Positions 1 to 9,672 of a stretch of 41,544 nt of DNA are shown here, piece after piece. A model generated the notes under the pieces. It was not told where the DNA came from. It saw only the letters and a list, made by a program, of their open reading frames with translations, and made no database searches. The stretch spans positions 1 through 41,544 of the forward strand of contig CAZFJK010000006.1 in assembly GCA_964519225.1 (NCBI GenBank). The letters run 5' to 3'. The translations under genes were made by a program, and so were the position numbers. Within the stretch, counting starts at the first letter, position 1, and each line of letters begins with the position of its first letter. The stretch comes from an uncultured Methanosarcinales archaeon (lineage in GTDB: Archaea > Nanobdellota > Nanobdellia > Woesearchaeales > B54-G15).

Positions 1-2
1 TA

Positions 3-536
3 GGAAAAAGATTTTCATTTGTGTGTTCTGCTGCATTTGTTGATAGATGGATTTGCTCAATGCGTGAATATGTTGAAGCAAAGGAAAAAATCATTGATGC
101 GCTCGTAAAATTTACTGGATTCGAAAGAGAAAGTTTTGGGTTAAATGCACTTGATGATTATAGTCAGGAAGAAGATGGAATATACTTGACTGTAACTGGG
201 CTTTCTGCTGAACAAGGAGATGATGGAAATCCTGGTAGAGGAAATAGATTGAATGGTTTAATAACGCCACAGAAAGTTATGAGCTTAGAAAGTGTTGCCG
301 GAAAGAACATATTTCATCCCGGAAGATTGTATCAGTTTGTTGCATGGGAAATTGCAGAGAAGATTGGTTCTCTTAAAGGCGTAAAATATTGTGATGTTGT
401 AATGGCTTCTGAAATTGGAAAGCCGATAAGCGAGCCAAAAGCGGTGTTCGTAAGGTATGACGGAGATATAGAAAAAGCGTGGTTGAAAGAAAAAGTAAGT
501 AAGTTTTTAAAGGAAGCAATGAGTGATTATCTTTGA
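3..536 (+). CDS. mat: Archaeal-type S-adenosylmethionine synthetase, C-terminal part (5' truncated by window edge)
   Basis: YLTVTGLSAEQGDDGNPGRGNRLNGLITP...SLESVAGKN matches the archaeal MAT signature; frame is open from position 3. Confidence 0.85.
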   Translation, partial: GKRFSFVCSAAFVDRWICSMREYVEAKEKIIDALVKFTGFERESFGLNALDDYSQEEDGIYLTVTGLSAEQGDDGNPGRGNRLNGLITPQKVMSLESVAGKNIFHPGRLYQFVAWEIAEKIGSLKGVKYCDVVMASEIGKPISEPKAVFVRYDGDIEKAWLKEKVSKFLKEAMSDYL

Positions 537-1018
537 ATTCCTCGTTCGATGCTAACTATTTCTAAAGTTCCTGAATAAATTATTCGGCGTTTATTTTTGC
601 AAGTTCCATATACTTTTATTTTGATTTCCTTTGGTACTGTTTTGAGAGGAGTATAGAAGTATTGTGTAACAGTTAGGTATGTCTTTTTTCCTTCTTTATT
701 CTTGATTGGAATCTTTATTGTCGCGTAATTTTTAATTGCTACATCCAAAGCATCAAATTCAGAGCTCAATTTTGGAAAATACTCTGGTTTTATTGCAACT
801 CTGATAGCATAGTCCGGCTGCCTTGCAGAGTTAACAACAACAGGATTATCGATAAAAGAGAGCAGGATAGGATTTGATGCGCATTCATTAATTATGTTTT
901 CAAGATTTTGGCTTTGATTAATTTGAGTTGTTGCTTTTTCTTCCTTTTTAATGCTAAGTGAAATTGGAATTAGTGTGATGCCACAAATTGCTAATGCATA
1001 CAATAGGATTTTTTTCAT
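527..1018 (-). CDS. Hypothetical exported or membrane-anchored protein
   Basis: 163-aa ORF, MKK followed by a hydrophobic N-terminal segment; no family recognised. Confidence 0.6.
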   Translation of the reverse strand: MKKILLYALAICGITLIPISLSIKKEEKATTQINQSQNLENIINECASNPILLSFIDNPVVVNSARQPDYAIRVAIKPEYFPKLSSEFDALDVAIKNYATIKIPIKNKEGKKTYLTVTQYFYTPLKTVPKEIKIKVYGTCKNKRRIIYSGTLEIVSIERGIQR

Positions 1019-1050
1019 AATGGATTTATAACAAAAGTATTTTTAAATTT

Positions 1051-1956
1051 TTATGGATGTATGATAAAAAGTATCAAAAATACGATAACGAGAAATACAG
1101 TCGTGGCTATCGCAGTAAGGTTTGATGCGTATTCTGCGTCCCAGTCGAATTCTATTGCTAGTGATGTGTTGATCAATGCTGGGGGTGTTGAAGCAAGTAA
1201 GAGAAAAGTGGCTTTTTCAAGAATGCTGAATTGAGTGAGTTGCAAAAAGAAAAAAGCAATAATAGGTGAAAGCGCAAATTTGAACAGAAGTCCTGTTAAA
1301 AGAGTCCTGTCAAATTTTTTGAATGATAAAGTTAAACCGATAAGGAATACAGCAAGATATACAGCTGTTTCTGAGAATGCTGATAAAGCACTCGGAATGT
1401 GAATTGCTTGTACAAAATGAAGTCTCGATAATAAAAGAGCTATAGAAAATGAATATATTAGCGGTGTTTTTATGACTTTTAGAATGGCAAACTTCTTTGT
1501 ACTCAAAAAGCAGTTTGCAAGAAAAACACCTAGGGAATAATGGATTATTCCGCCGATAACTGCAGTTAGAGAGGCTATTGCCAAACCCTTTGTACCAAAG
1601 AACATGTAAGCAAACGGGATGCCTATATAACCAGTATTCCCAAAAACAGAGCAGATAAAAAGGGATGCGCGGACTTCGTTTTCTGCTTTACGGTTTTTGA
1701 ATAAAATTAATAGGAAAACAATAAAACTGAAAATAATAAAAAAGCAAGCGATGAAAATCGCATAGCCAGTAAGCTTGATTTCTTTGTGTTTCAGCAAAGA
1801 AAGAAATATAAACAAAGGAAGTCCAAAATAGATTAGATATTTCGTGAGAAATTTTTTAAGTTTGTTTTTATGTGCACTATTGGGATAAAACCTTTCTAGT
1901 AGAATCCCAAACAGGATTGCTAAAGCAAGGAAGATAAGCGTTATTGTTTTATCCAT
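1051..1956 (-). CDS. AEC (auxin efflux carrier) family permease
   Basis: About 10 hydrophobic helices, FGNTGYIGIP motif, C-terminal STPPA motif. Confidence 0.85.
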   Translation of the reverse strand: MDKTITLIFLALAILFGILLERFYPNSAHKNKLKKFLTKYLIYFGLPLFIFLSLLKHKEIKLTGYAIFIACFFIIFSFIVFLLILFKNRKAENEVRASLFICSVFGNTGYIGIPFAYMFFGTKGLAIASLTAVIGGIIHYSLGVFLANCFLSTKKFAILKVIKTPLIYSFSIALLLSRLHFVQAIHIPSALSAFSETAVYLAVFLIGLTLSFKKFDRTLLTGLLFKFALSPIIAFFFLQLTQFSILEKATFLLLASTPPALINTSLAIEFDWDAEYASNLTAIATTVFLVIVFLILFIIHP

Positions 1957-2051
1957 TTATTTCTTGTCTCCTTCTTTCTTTAAAAAATGTTGCTGTAGCG
2001 CTGAGAACAAATGAAAATCTTTTTATAAAAAGAATATATACTTTGATTATT

Positions 2052-2717
2052 ATGTTTGAAAATATAGATTTAAAAGATGGCTTAGAAAAAATCATTGAAC
2101 TATTTGGGGTACGTTTGCCAGAACATGTTGATCGGCTAAATGACGAGGATTTTAATGTTGTGCTAGAAGAAAAAGATGGATTGCTCATTGCAAGATTAAA
2201 TTATTTTAGATTTGTTGGACGCGTTTTGCAATGCGGAAATAAAAATAGATATGCGGTTAAAAGAGCAGAAGGACCAAACCTTCGTTATTTTGTAGGCAAA
2301 CAAAAAGGGTTGTTGGTTTGCGTGGCTAATGAAAAAGACGAAGAAGTTGAGACTTTGCTTAGAAAAGGATTATTTTACGATTGTGAAGATTTTATAGCAA
2401 AAATAAGAAAAGCAGTGGGTTTATGCTATAATGGTTCGCTTCATCCACAATCACTTATTTGGATTGTTAACAGATTGGCGCAGGGCAATAACTTTTTTTC
2501 TTTGGAAGAGGAAGGTACAGAATTAAAGCCTGATTCTAGGGTAGGAATTAATTTAAAAGATAAAAGCAGATACGAGCTTGAAGTTCATGTGTCTTACAGC
2601 GCAAATCCACCTTTTTATAAAATTAAATTTTCATTAAATACCGAAAACGGTAGGAAACAAAAAAAAGAATTTTTCTGGCCCTGGTGCTTTATTATGCAGC
2701 AATCAGATGAATATTAA
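2052..2717 (+). CDS. Hypothetical protein
   Basis: Long ORF; ATG 2052 (MFENIDL) preferred over the track start that overlaps the AEC gene; TTTTATAAAA upstream. Confidence 0.55.
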   Translation: MFENIDLKDGLEKIIELFGVRLPEHVDRLNDEDFNVVLEEKDGLLIARLNYFRFVGRVLQCGNKNRYAVKRAEGPNLRYFVGKQKGLLVCVANEKDEEVETLLRKGLFYDCEDFIAKIRKAVGLCYNGSLHPQSLIWIVNRLAQGNNFFSLEEEGTELKPDSRVGINLKDKSRYELEVHVSYSANPPFYKIKFSLNTENGRKQKKEFFWPWCFIMQQSDEY

Positions 2718-3480
2718 TTTTTCTTCTTCTAAAATATGTTCCTTTTATATTCCAATGCTTTTCTTCTTTTTTGTTGATAGGGTGTATTTCTGGTCCTCTT
2801 ACAGCAATGAAAAGCCCTTTTGTGAAATACCTCGATAATGCATTTCGTATTGCTTTTATTAATCTTCTGCACTCGTTTTCCTTCAACCTGATTTCCCTTC
2901 TTCCTGATTCGAAGATTGCAGCAAGTTTTGGAAATTCATTTCTGAAAGATTCCAAGTCAGAAAGCATGACTTCAGCAGAAATTATCCGCTTAATCCGCTT
3001 TGTTTTTTCTATCGCTTCCTTTATCGTTGAAATGATTTTTATTATTAAATCCCTGTATTCGTACAATTCCTTTACCCTTTCCCACGCATTAGATTGTTCT
3101 ATGCTGATCAATTCATCCTGTAAAAGTTTAAAATCTAAAGAATAGATTTTCTTTATTTCTTCAAGAACCGATATAAACTCACGATGTTTTTCCGCCAAAA
3201 GAATTTTTTCTTCTTTCGAAATCGCTTCGGAAAGTTTTCTTGAAATCTTTCTTATTTTTAGTGAAATCCGTTCTATTCCTGAAAGTGCTTTTGATGTCGC
3301 AGAAGAGAGTCTGATTTTTCCCTTTGTGAGCTTTTTAGAATAGCGAAGTATCAGTTGAGGACTAATTGTTTTATATTCTTCTATATATTTATCTGTCAGA
3401 ATTAAAAGTGCTCTGAAGTAATCCAAGAGTTCTGAGAAGTATGTAATAATACTGCCGATCTTGTCAACCTCTTTACGCAT
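2692..3480 (-). CDS. Hypothetical helical/coiled-coil protein
   Basis: 262-aa K/E/I/L-rich ORF divergent from srp54. Confidence 0.6.
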   Translation of the reverse strand: MRKEVDKIGSIITYFSELLDYFRALLILTDKYIEEYKTISPQLILRYSKKLTKGKIRLSSATSKALSGIERISLKIRKISRKLSEAISKEEKILLAEKHREFISVLEEIKKIYSLDFKLLQDELISIEQSNAWERVKELYEYRDLIIKIISTIKEAIEKTKRIKRIISAEVMLSDLESFRNEFPKLAAIFESGRREIRLKENECRRLIKAIRNALSRYFTKGLFIAVRGPEIHPINKKEEKHWNIKGTYFRRRKINIHLIAA

Positions 3481-3531
3481 AGAAACAGAAAATCATAAAC
3501 ATTTTTAAATGTTCTTCAAATAGGCTGGATT

Positions 3532-4884
3532 ATGGTGCTTGATAAGTTAGGTGAAGGACTGAGAGCAACGCTCAGAAAGATCGCTCAAGCATTCAAGGTA
3601 GATGATGCTCTTGTGAATGAGCTAGTGCGTGATATTCAAAGAGCATTGATTCAAGCAGATGTTAATGTCAAGTTGGTTTTTGAATTAAGTGAAAAGATAA
3701 AGCAGAGAGCTTTAAAAGAAAAACCCCCTACCGGTTTAACAAAAAAAGAACATTTGATAAATATTGTATATGAAGAATTAACAAATTTTCTTGGAAAAGA
3801 GCCTAAGGAGATTAAGACTACTGAAAAGCCTTTCAAGATTATGCTTGTTGGTTTGTTTGGTAGCGGTAAAACGACAACCATTGCAAAGCTGTCTCGGTAT
3901 TTTATGAAAAGGGGATATAAAGTTGCAACCCTCGGCTTAGATGTGCATAGACCTGCAGCACCAGAGCAGTTAGAGCAATTGAGCAAGCAAATTAATGTAA
4001 AATGCTTTATTGATAAAATAGAGAAAGACCCGATAAAGATATATAAAAAATTTGAAAAAGAGCTTAATCAGTTTGATATTGTAATTATCGATACTGCGGG
4101 GAGGGATAGGCTTTCTGCTGATTTAATGAAAGAAATAAGAAATCTTTATGATGTTGTAAAGCCGCATGAGGTTTTTCTCGTTATTGCTGCTGATATCGGT
4201 CAAGCAGCTTATGAACAAGCAAAAGCATTTCACGAACAAACGCCTCTGACTGGCATCATTGTAACGAGACTCGACGGCACTGCAAGGGGTGGTGGTGCTT
4301 TAACTGCTTGTGCAGCTACAGGAGCAAAGATTGTTTTTATTGGAACTGGAGAAAAAATCGACGATATCGAATTATTTAATCCAAAAGGTTTTGTTGGCAG
4401 ATTACTCGGAATGGGCGACATTGAAGCGTTGCTTGAAAAAGCAAAGGAAGCAATAAGTGAAGAAAAAGCAAAGAATCTCGGGGAAAGGCTGTTGAGCGGA
4501 GAATTCAGTTTAAAGGATTTGTATGATCAAATGATGGCTCTAAGAAAAATGGGTCCTCTAACAAAGCTAATTCAAATGATTCCTGGTTTCGGGCAATTAC
4601 AGTTACCGGAAGAGCTGATTCAAGTACAGGAAGAGAAATTGAAAAAATGGAAGATTGCGATGGATAGTATGACAAAAGAGGAACTCGAGAATCCCGAGAC
4701 TATCGATCAGAGCAGGATTAAGAGAATAAGCAGAGGAAGCGGAATTGATGAGAAAGATATAAGAGAATTGATTAAACATTACAAACTCGCCAAAAAATTG
4801 ATGAAACGATTTAAAGGAAAGGAAGGAATGAAGAAATTGATGAAGCGTTTCGGTGGAAAACTTCCTCCTGGATTTGGATTTTAA
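3532..4884 (+). CDS. srp54: Signal recognition particle protein SRP54
   Basis: ALIQADVN, GLFGSGKTT, DTAGR, GTGE, and M domain with MDSMTKEEL and RISRGSG. Confidence 0.97.
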   Translation: MVLDKLGEGLRATLRKIAQAFKVDDALVNELVRDIQRALIQADVNVKLVFELSEKIKQRALKEKPPTGLTKKEHLINIVYEELTNFLGKEPKEIKTTEKPFKIMLVGLFGSGKTTTIAKLSRYFMKRGYKVATLGLDVHRPAAPEQLEQLSKQINVKCFIDKIEKDPIKIYKKFEKELNQFDIVIIDTAGRDRLSADLMKEIRNLYDVVKPHEVFLVIAADIGQAAYEQAKAFHEQTPLTGIIVTRLDGTARGGGALTACAATGAKIVFIGTGEKIDDIELFNPKGFVGRLLGMGDIEALLEKAKEAISEEKAKNLGERLLSGEFSLKDLYDQMMALRKMGPLTKLIQMIPGFGQLQLPEELIQVQEEKLKKWKIAMDSMTKEELENPETIDQSRIKRISRGSGIDEKDIRELIKHYKLAKKLMKRFKGKEGMKKLMKRFGGKLPPGFGF

Positions 4885-4889
4885 GCGAA

Positions 4890-5576
4890 CTACTTCTCTT
4901 TGAGAATTATGATGTTTCCTCTTCCTTTCTTGATTTTTTGAATAAGTCCTTTATGTTCCATTTCAGTAATTAACAAACTCGCTTTTGCCTCAGAAAGGAA
5001 AAGATGTTGTCTTATGGCTTTTTGTGTTGTCCTTCCACCTTCTTTTTTGATAAACTCGATGACTTTTTCTATATCGGTTTTTTCAAGTGGTTTTTTCTTT
5101 CTTTTTTTCTTGTAGAAAATAATAAACAAGAGCAATGCTACTAAGACGCACGCTACTATTAGAATAATTGGAGCTATGTTTGTTTTCTTTCCGATAATTT
5201 CGCTAACGTCTATTTCTTCTTCAAGTATTTCTTCTTCTGGAAGAAGGTTAGGAAAAAGGATGAGATCGGTATTGTATGTTCCTGGATGTTTAATTTCAAT
5301 TGTTTCAGTAGTACAGGCCTCAGTTACATTGTATGATAAGATTTTTGCTTCAATTTTGTATGAGCCTAAGGGAAGCTCGAAAGAATATTCGCCATCAACA
5401 GCAACTATTGTTTGTTTAGGTGTTGAATTAACTGTAACTATAGCATTCTTTACTTTATTTAAATCAAGATCATAAATAGTCCCTTTTATAATGGCTGTGC
5501 TTAGTTTGTTTTGTTGAGCATGGCTCAGTAATGGTGTACATGCAATAAGAATTAAGATAAAAGTAAAAATAAGCAT
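4890..5576 (-). CDS. Single-pass membrane protein: extracellular beta-sandwich (carboxypeptidase-regulatory-like) domain, TM helix, cytoplasmic winged HTH
   Basis: Signal peptide; IKGTIYD..VKNAIVTV..DGEYSFELPLGSYKIEA; TM helix followed by KKKRKKK; GGRTTQKAIRQHLFLSEAKASLLITEMEHKGLIQKIKKGRGNII; start moved to ATG 5576. Confidence 0.8.
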   Translation of the reverse strand: MLIFTFILILIACTPLLSHAQQNKLSTAIIKGTIYDLDLNKVKNAIVTVNSTPKQTIVAVDGEYSFELPLGSYKIEAKILSYNVTEACTTETIEIKHPGTYNTDLILFPNLLPEEEILEEEIDVSEIIGKKTNIAPIILIVACVLVALLLFIIFYKKKRKKKPLEKTDIEKVIEFIKKEGGRTTQKAIRQHLFLSEAKASLLITEMEHKGLIQKIKKGRGNIIILKEK

Positions 5577-5643
5577 AAACTTTCCTTTATCAAAATTTAA
5601 GCTTCCTAAAGCTTTACGCTGGAAAATTTTAAGGAAGAGGGTC

Positions 5644-5679
5644 ACTTTCCTAAAGCGTTGGAAAGTATATTTATAAATA
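5644..5679 (+). promoter_or_regulatory. Palindrome ACTTTCC-N9-GGAAAGT next to TATA box TTTATAAATA
   Basis: Perfect 7-bp arms at 5644-5650 and 5660-5666; TATA at 5670-5679; AGGTGA Shine-Dalgarno before ATG 5719. Confidence 0.6.
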
Positions 5680-5718
5680 AATCGTTCTCTTTTGGCTTAA
5701 GAAAAAAGGTGAACAAAA

Positions 5719-6756
5719 ATGAAAAAAATATTTGCTGTGTTTGTTGGGCTTTTGTTTTTGTTTAGTGCGATGAGTGTAGCAGAGGGTAAGAAAGGAGCGG
5801 GTCCTGCTGTAGATGTTGCACAACCAGCAGTGAATGCTGGCGCCTCAAGTGAAGCGCCTGAAGCCCCAGATGTCGGTGTTCCTGAGAAATTGCCAGCAAA
5901 AGCAAGAGTAGAGCGTATGAGAAAGATTGCAAAAAAACAATTAGAAGAGGCAAGAAAAGAATTTTTGGCTGCAAGAAAAAGATACCTGCAAGCGAGATTA
6001 AAATATGAACGAGCTCTGAAAAGATTTAGGGGTCTGAAAAAAGAACTAGCACTGTGCAAGGATGCTGAGAGTGAAGAGTGCAAGCAATTGAGAGAACAGA
6101 TAAGAGAAGAAGCTAAAACTTTCTTGAACAATGTTATTGATAGGCTCGTTGCAACATTAGAAAAGCTGAAAGCACGGGTCGAAGGAAGCGAATTCATAAG
6201 TGAAGAAAGAGCATCTGAGATTTTAGAGGATATTGAAGGAAAATTATCTAAGCTCGAGACATTAAAATCAGAATTAGAAGATGCAACTACGAAAGAAGAA
6301 ATTGTTGAGATTGCAAAAGAACTTCGTGAATTATGGAAAGAACTCAGACCAAAGCTAAAATGGAATGTTGGGAGATTGATCAATGGTCGCGTAAGAGCAA
6401 TTTTAGTACGCATGGAACGACTAAAGACAAGGTTTGAAAGGGCAATAGAACGTTTGGAAAAGAAGGGCTATGATTTAAGTGAGGCTAAAGATTTGGTGGA
6501 ACAGTTTGATGTAAAGTTAAATGAGACAAAGGAATTATATGAAAAAGTAAAAGAAAAATATACAGAAGCGGTTGCTCCTGGAGAGTTCGGTGAAATTGCT
6601 AAGGAAGTGAATGAATACATCAAAGAGATAAACAAAAAACTGAAAGAAGCTCGAACGTTAGTAAGGAATATGATCAAGAAAATAAAAGAGCAGAAAGAAG
6701 GCAAAGAGGAATTAGAAAAAGAAGAGGAAGAAGAAACTGAAGAAAGCGAAGGCTAA
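5719..6756 (+). CDS. Secreted long coiled-coil protein
   Basis: Signal peptide MKKIFAVFVGLLFLFSAMSVA, A/P linker, E/K/R heptads, CKDAESEEC pair, acidic tail. Confidence 0.8.
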   Translation: MKKIFAVFVGLLFLFSAMSVAEGKKGAGPAVDVAQPAVNAGASSEAPEAPDVGVPEKLPAKARVERMRKIAKKQLEEARKEFLAARKRYLQARLKYERALKRFRGLKKELALCKDAESEECKQLREQIREEAKTFLNNVIDRLVATLEKLKARVEGSEFISEERASEILEDIEGKLSKLETLKSELEDATTKEEIVEIAKELRELWKELRPKLKWNVGRLINGRVRAILVRMERLKTRFERAIERLEKKGYDLSEAKDLVEQFDVKLNETKELYEKVKEKYTEAVAPGEFGEIAKEVNEYIKEINKKLKEARTLVRNMIKKIKEQKEGKEELEKEEEEETEESEG

Positions 6757-6800
6757 GCCAAAGCTAAATTTTTTATATTTTTTTTATTTTTTAAGATAAA

Positions 6801-7013
6801 ATGAAACAGACTGCTTTTATATGGGTTTTGATTTTGGTTGCAATAAGCATATTGATTGCGGGGTGCAAAGTAAAAGAGGAAAAGACTGTTTCTGTGGATA
6901 CAGAAATTCAAAATGTTGAGAGCAGCGTCGAGAATATCTCTCAAGTAGAAGAAGAGATTAATGTAAGTGAGTTAGAGGAATTGGATGAAGCCCTTGCTGA
7001 AATCGAATGGTAA
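6801..7013 (+). CDS. Small acidic lipoprotein
   Basis: Hydrophobic signal ending in lipobox LIAG-C, followed by an acidic region. Confidence 0.7.
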   Translation: MKQTAFIWVLILVAISILIAGCKVKEEKTVSVDTEIQNVESSVENISQVEEEINVSELEELDEALAEIEW

Positions 7014-7020
7014 TTTCAGC

Positions 7021-7119
7021 TTAACTTTTTTTGTTTTCTTTTCTGCATCTCTTGCAAAGTCCTGTTAAGTTGACATAGGCTTTTCTTCCGCATAGAATGC
7101 ATCTACCGACTTTTTTCAT
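7021..7119 (-). CDS. 32-aa zinc-finger microprotein (not in ORF track)
   Basis: Translates to MKKVGRCILCGRKAYVNLTGLCKRCRKENKKS* with two CxxC motifs; co-oriented downstream of idi. Confidence 0.65.
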   Translation of the reverse strand: MKKVGRCILCGRKAYVNLTGLCKRCRKENKKS

Positions 7120-7146
7120 CTGAAGATTTTAAAGATTTAGAGATAT

Positions 7147-7689
7147 TTAAGGATTTTTCTTTTTTAGTTTATAATGGCTTTTAAAGTATTTAATTACTCT
7201 TGGAAGTGCAATTTTAAACCAGCAAGTATATCTCTTTTCGTTATGTTTAACATCTTTTGTAAGAATTACGAGATCAACCCATTTGAAATCTTCTACTTCT
7301 TTTGGATTGGGACGTACTTTTCCATTATAAATCCCAAAGAAAACATGGTCTAACTCATGCTCAATCATATTGTTGCCAAGATTTGCTTTGTAAATAAAAG
7401 AAAAAATTTCTTTTAAAGCGCAATCAAAACCCATTTCTTCCTTTAGCCTTCGATGTGCTGCATCTTCTAACTTCTCGTTTGGTTTTGGATGGCTACAACA
7501 TGCATTTGTCCATAGTCCTCCGGAATGGTACTTGTTTCTCGCTCTTTTTTGAATAAGCATTTCTCCTTTTGAATTGAAAATAAAAATTGAGAAAGCTCTG
7601 TGCAGTTTTCCTTGTTTGTGTGCTTTTATTTTTTCTTCAGTTCCTAATTCCTTGTCTTCTTTGTTTACTAAAACAACCACTCCACACAT
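7147..7689 (-). CDS. idi: Isopentenyl-diphosphate delta-isomerase, type 1 (Nudix fold)
   Basis: AH..G.LHRAFSIF, WTNACCSHP, RRLKEEMG, EHELDHVF, NPKEV. Confidence 0.93.
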   Translation of the reverse strand: MCGVVVLVNKEDKELGTEEKIKAHKQGKLHRAFSIFIFNSKGEMLIQKRARNKYHSGGLWTNACCSHPKPNEKLEDAAHRRLKEEMGFDCALKEIFSFIYKANLGNNMIEHELDHVFFGIYNGKVRPNPKEVEDFKWVDLVILTKDVKHNEKRYTCWFKIALPRVIKYFKSHYKLKKKNP

Positions 7690-7697
7690 TTTTTACA

Positions 7698-8234
7698 TTA
7701 GTACTCAATACCTTTTTTTGCTTTAATCACTTTAGGTTGTTTTAATGTTACGAATTCTGTTGCATAGTCGGCTCTGTCGATGAATTCCTTAGGAGCGTAT
7801 CTTCCTGTCATGTAGACTATTGTCTTCGCAGGAATTTCTTTGTCGATTCTTACAATAACTTCTTTTGGATCAAGTAAGCCAATAGCCGCGGCAAGGTTTA
7901 TTTCATCAAGGATTAAGAGATTTGGTTTCTTCTCTTTTGCAATCTTTATAGCAAAATCAAAACCTTCTTTAGCTAGCTTCTTATCCCTCCTGCTTGGATT
8001 TTTCAGATTAACCCATCCTTTTCTTCCGAATTGGTAAATTTCATAGTACGGTTTCAGTCGATCTTTGATGATATACTCGCCGACATCTTTTCTGCCTTTC
8101 ATAAATTGAATAATTATCACTTTTTGCTTGTGTGCTACCTGCCTTAGTGCAACACCTAAAGCAGAAGTCGTTTTTCCTGCACCGATGCCTGTCCAGATGT
8201 AGATTAATGGTTTTTTTGGTTTTGGGTTTTTCAT
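7698..8234 (-). CDS. cobO: Cob(I)alamin adenosyltransferase, CobO/BtuR family
   Basis: TGIGAGKTTSALGVALR, IQFMKG, LILDEINLA, TGRYAP, KGIEY. Confidence 0.92.
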   Translation of the reverse strand: MKNPKPKKPLIYIWTGIGAGKTTSALGVALRQVAHKQKVIIIQFMKGRKDVGEYIIKDRLKPYYEIYQFGRKGWVNLKNPSRRDKKLAKEGFDFAIKIAKEKKPNLLILDEINLAAAIGLLDPKEVIVRIDKEIPAKTIVYMTGRYAPKEFIDRADYATEFVTLKQPKVIKAKKGIEY

Positions 8235-8348
8235 TTTTCGCTTTCTTTTATTTTGAACTTTAAAAGAGTTTTTAGTTTTCTTATCAACCTAACTATGCTT
8301 TTCTCGTTATTTTCAAGTACCAAGAGAATTATTTTTTAAGACACATTT

Positions 8349-9020
8349 TTAGCTTTTAATAATTTCAATTATTTTCCCAACATTTCTTTTTAAAGAGTAC
8401 AATTGTGAAGGTCTATGAGAAACATTTTTCTCTTTCCCACTTTTTTTTAAAATCTTAAGAGAAAGAATTTTCTTCCTAAAATTTCTTTTATCAAATTTTT
8501 TTCCGAGAACAATCTCATAAATTTCTTGAAGTTGTGTTAAAGTGAATTTTTTTGGAAGAAGAGAGAACGCTGTTGTCGTGTATTCAAATTTCCATCTCAA
8601 TCTTTTAAGTGCATATTTAAGTATTTTGGCATGGTCAAATGCTAATTTTGGTAAGTTATTAACTGAAAACCATTTTGCTTCAAAAGCATCTGTAGAGGCC
8701 TTTAAATTTATTTTTTCTGGTTTTATTAAAGCAAAATAAACTACTGTAATCACCCTGCCCCTTGGGTCTCTTTTCACATCACCAAAAGTATAAAGTTGCT
8801 CTAAATAATCTGCCTTCACTCCTGTTTCTTCTTTTAGTTCACGTTCAGCAGCTTCTTCTAAACTTTCATTAATTCTAACAAATCCTCCAGGAATAGCCCA
8901 CATTCCTTTAAAAGGTTCTATCCCTCTTTTAACAAGCAAAACTTTTAACTTTTTTTCTTGAATTGTAAATATAATTATATCTACTGTTACCGAAGGTTGT
9001 GGGTAATCTGTTAGTTTCAT
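8349..9020 (-). CDS. nrtR: NrtR-family regulator (Nudix domain plus C-terminal winged HTH)
   Basis: Intact Nudix box GGFVRINESLEEAAERELKEETGV, EQLYTFG..RDPRGRV, LAFDH, FTLTQLQEIYE, DKRNFRKK, HRPSQLY. Confidence 0.92.
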   Translation of the reverse strand: MKLTDYPQPSVTVDIIIFTIQEKKLKVLLVKRGIEPFKGMWAIPGGFVRINESLEEAAERELKEETGVKADYLEQLYTFGDVKRDPRGRVITVVYFALIKPEKINLKASTDAFEAKWFSVNNLPKLAFDHAKILKYALKRLRWKFEYTTTAFSLLPKKFTLTQLQEIYEIVLGKKFDKRNFRKKILSLKILKKSGKEKNVSHRPSQLYSLKRNVGKIIEIIKS

Positions 9021-9053
9021 ATTATAACTTATACATTTAATTGATTATTTAAT

Positions 9054-9620
9054 TTAAAACTTATTGTTTTTGAGTTTTTGAAAGACGGATAAAACAATCT
9101 TTCTTAGTTTATCATAATACGGGTGGATTTTTTTATCTGTAAACTTCATCCATTCTTCTTTTTTATTTTTCTTAAGTAATTCTCTTATTTTTGTTGCGCT
9201 GATAGGAAGATCTTTTCTTGGTACTTTGATTGGTTTTATTTTCTTCTTTTTGTATAGCCATTCAATTTTAGTATCGTTACCACAATACACTACATTTGGC
9301 CAAGTGCCAGCATAATAATTACAAAAACCCAATATCCAAGCTCCCCATTTTTCATATTCCTTTCTTGTTTTTGGAATGTATGGAAGGTCAGGAAAAAATC
9401 CAACAATGAGATTTTTTTTATTACCATAAATCCTTTTTATTAGATCAATTCTTTCTAAAACAGTGAATGGATCTTTTTCTGTTCTAAGTGCTTGAGAATT
9501 CCCTATTAATAAAACTGATTTTTCACATTCTTTCAACATCTGATCAATTATCTTTTGATGACCTTTGTGAATATGTTGAAATCTTCCATGGAACAATCCA
9601 AGTTTATATTTTTTCCTCAT
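9054..9620 (-). CDS. Nicotinamide-nucleotide adenylyltransferase-like (NadM-type HxGH nucleotidyltransferase)
   Basis: GRFQHIHKGH, IGNSQ, DPFTVLER, ISATKIRE. Confidence 0.8.
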   Translation of the reverse strand: MRKKYKLGLFHGRFQHIHKGHQKIIDQMLKECEKSVLLIGNSQALRTEKDPFTVLERIDLIKRIYGNKKNLIVGFFPDLPYIPKTRKEYEKWGAWILGFCNYYAGTWPNVVYCGNDTKIEWLYKKKKIKPIKVPRKDLPISATKIRELLKKNKKEEWMKFTDKKIHPYYDKLRKIVLSVFQKLKNNKF

Positions 9621-9672
9621 TTGCCAATCAAATTACTTCATATACCTTCCCAACTTTTAAATTTAGAAAGAA

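Noticed and set aside
5697..6413. 238-aa antisense ORF
   Set aside because: Ser/Phe/Leu-rich shadow of the E/K-rich coiled-coil gene on the opposite strand
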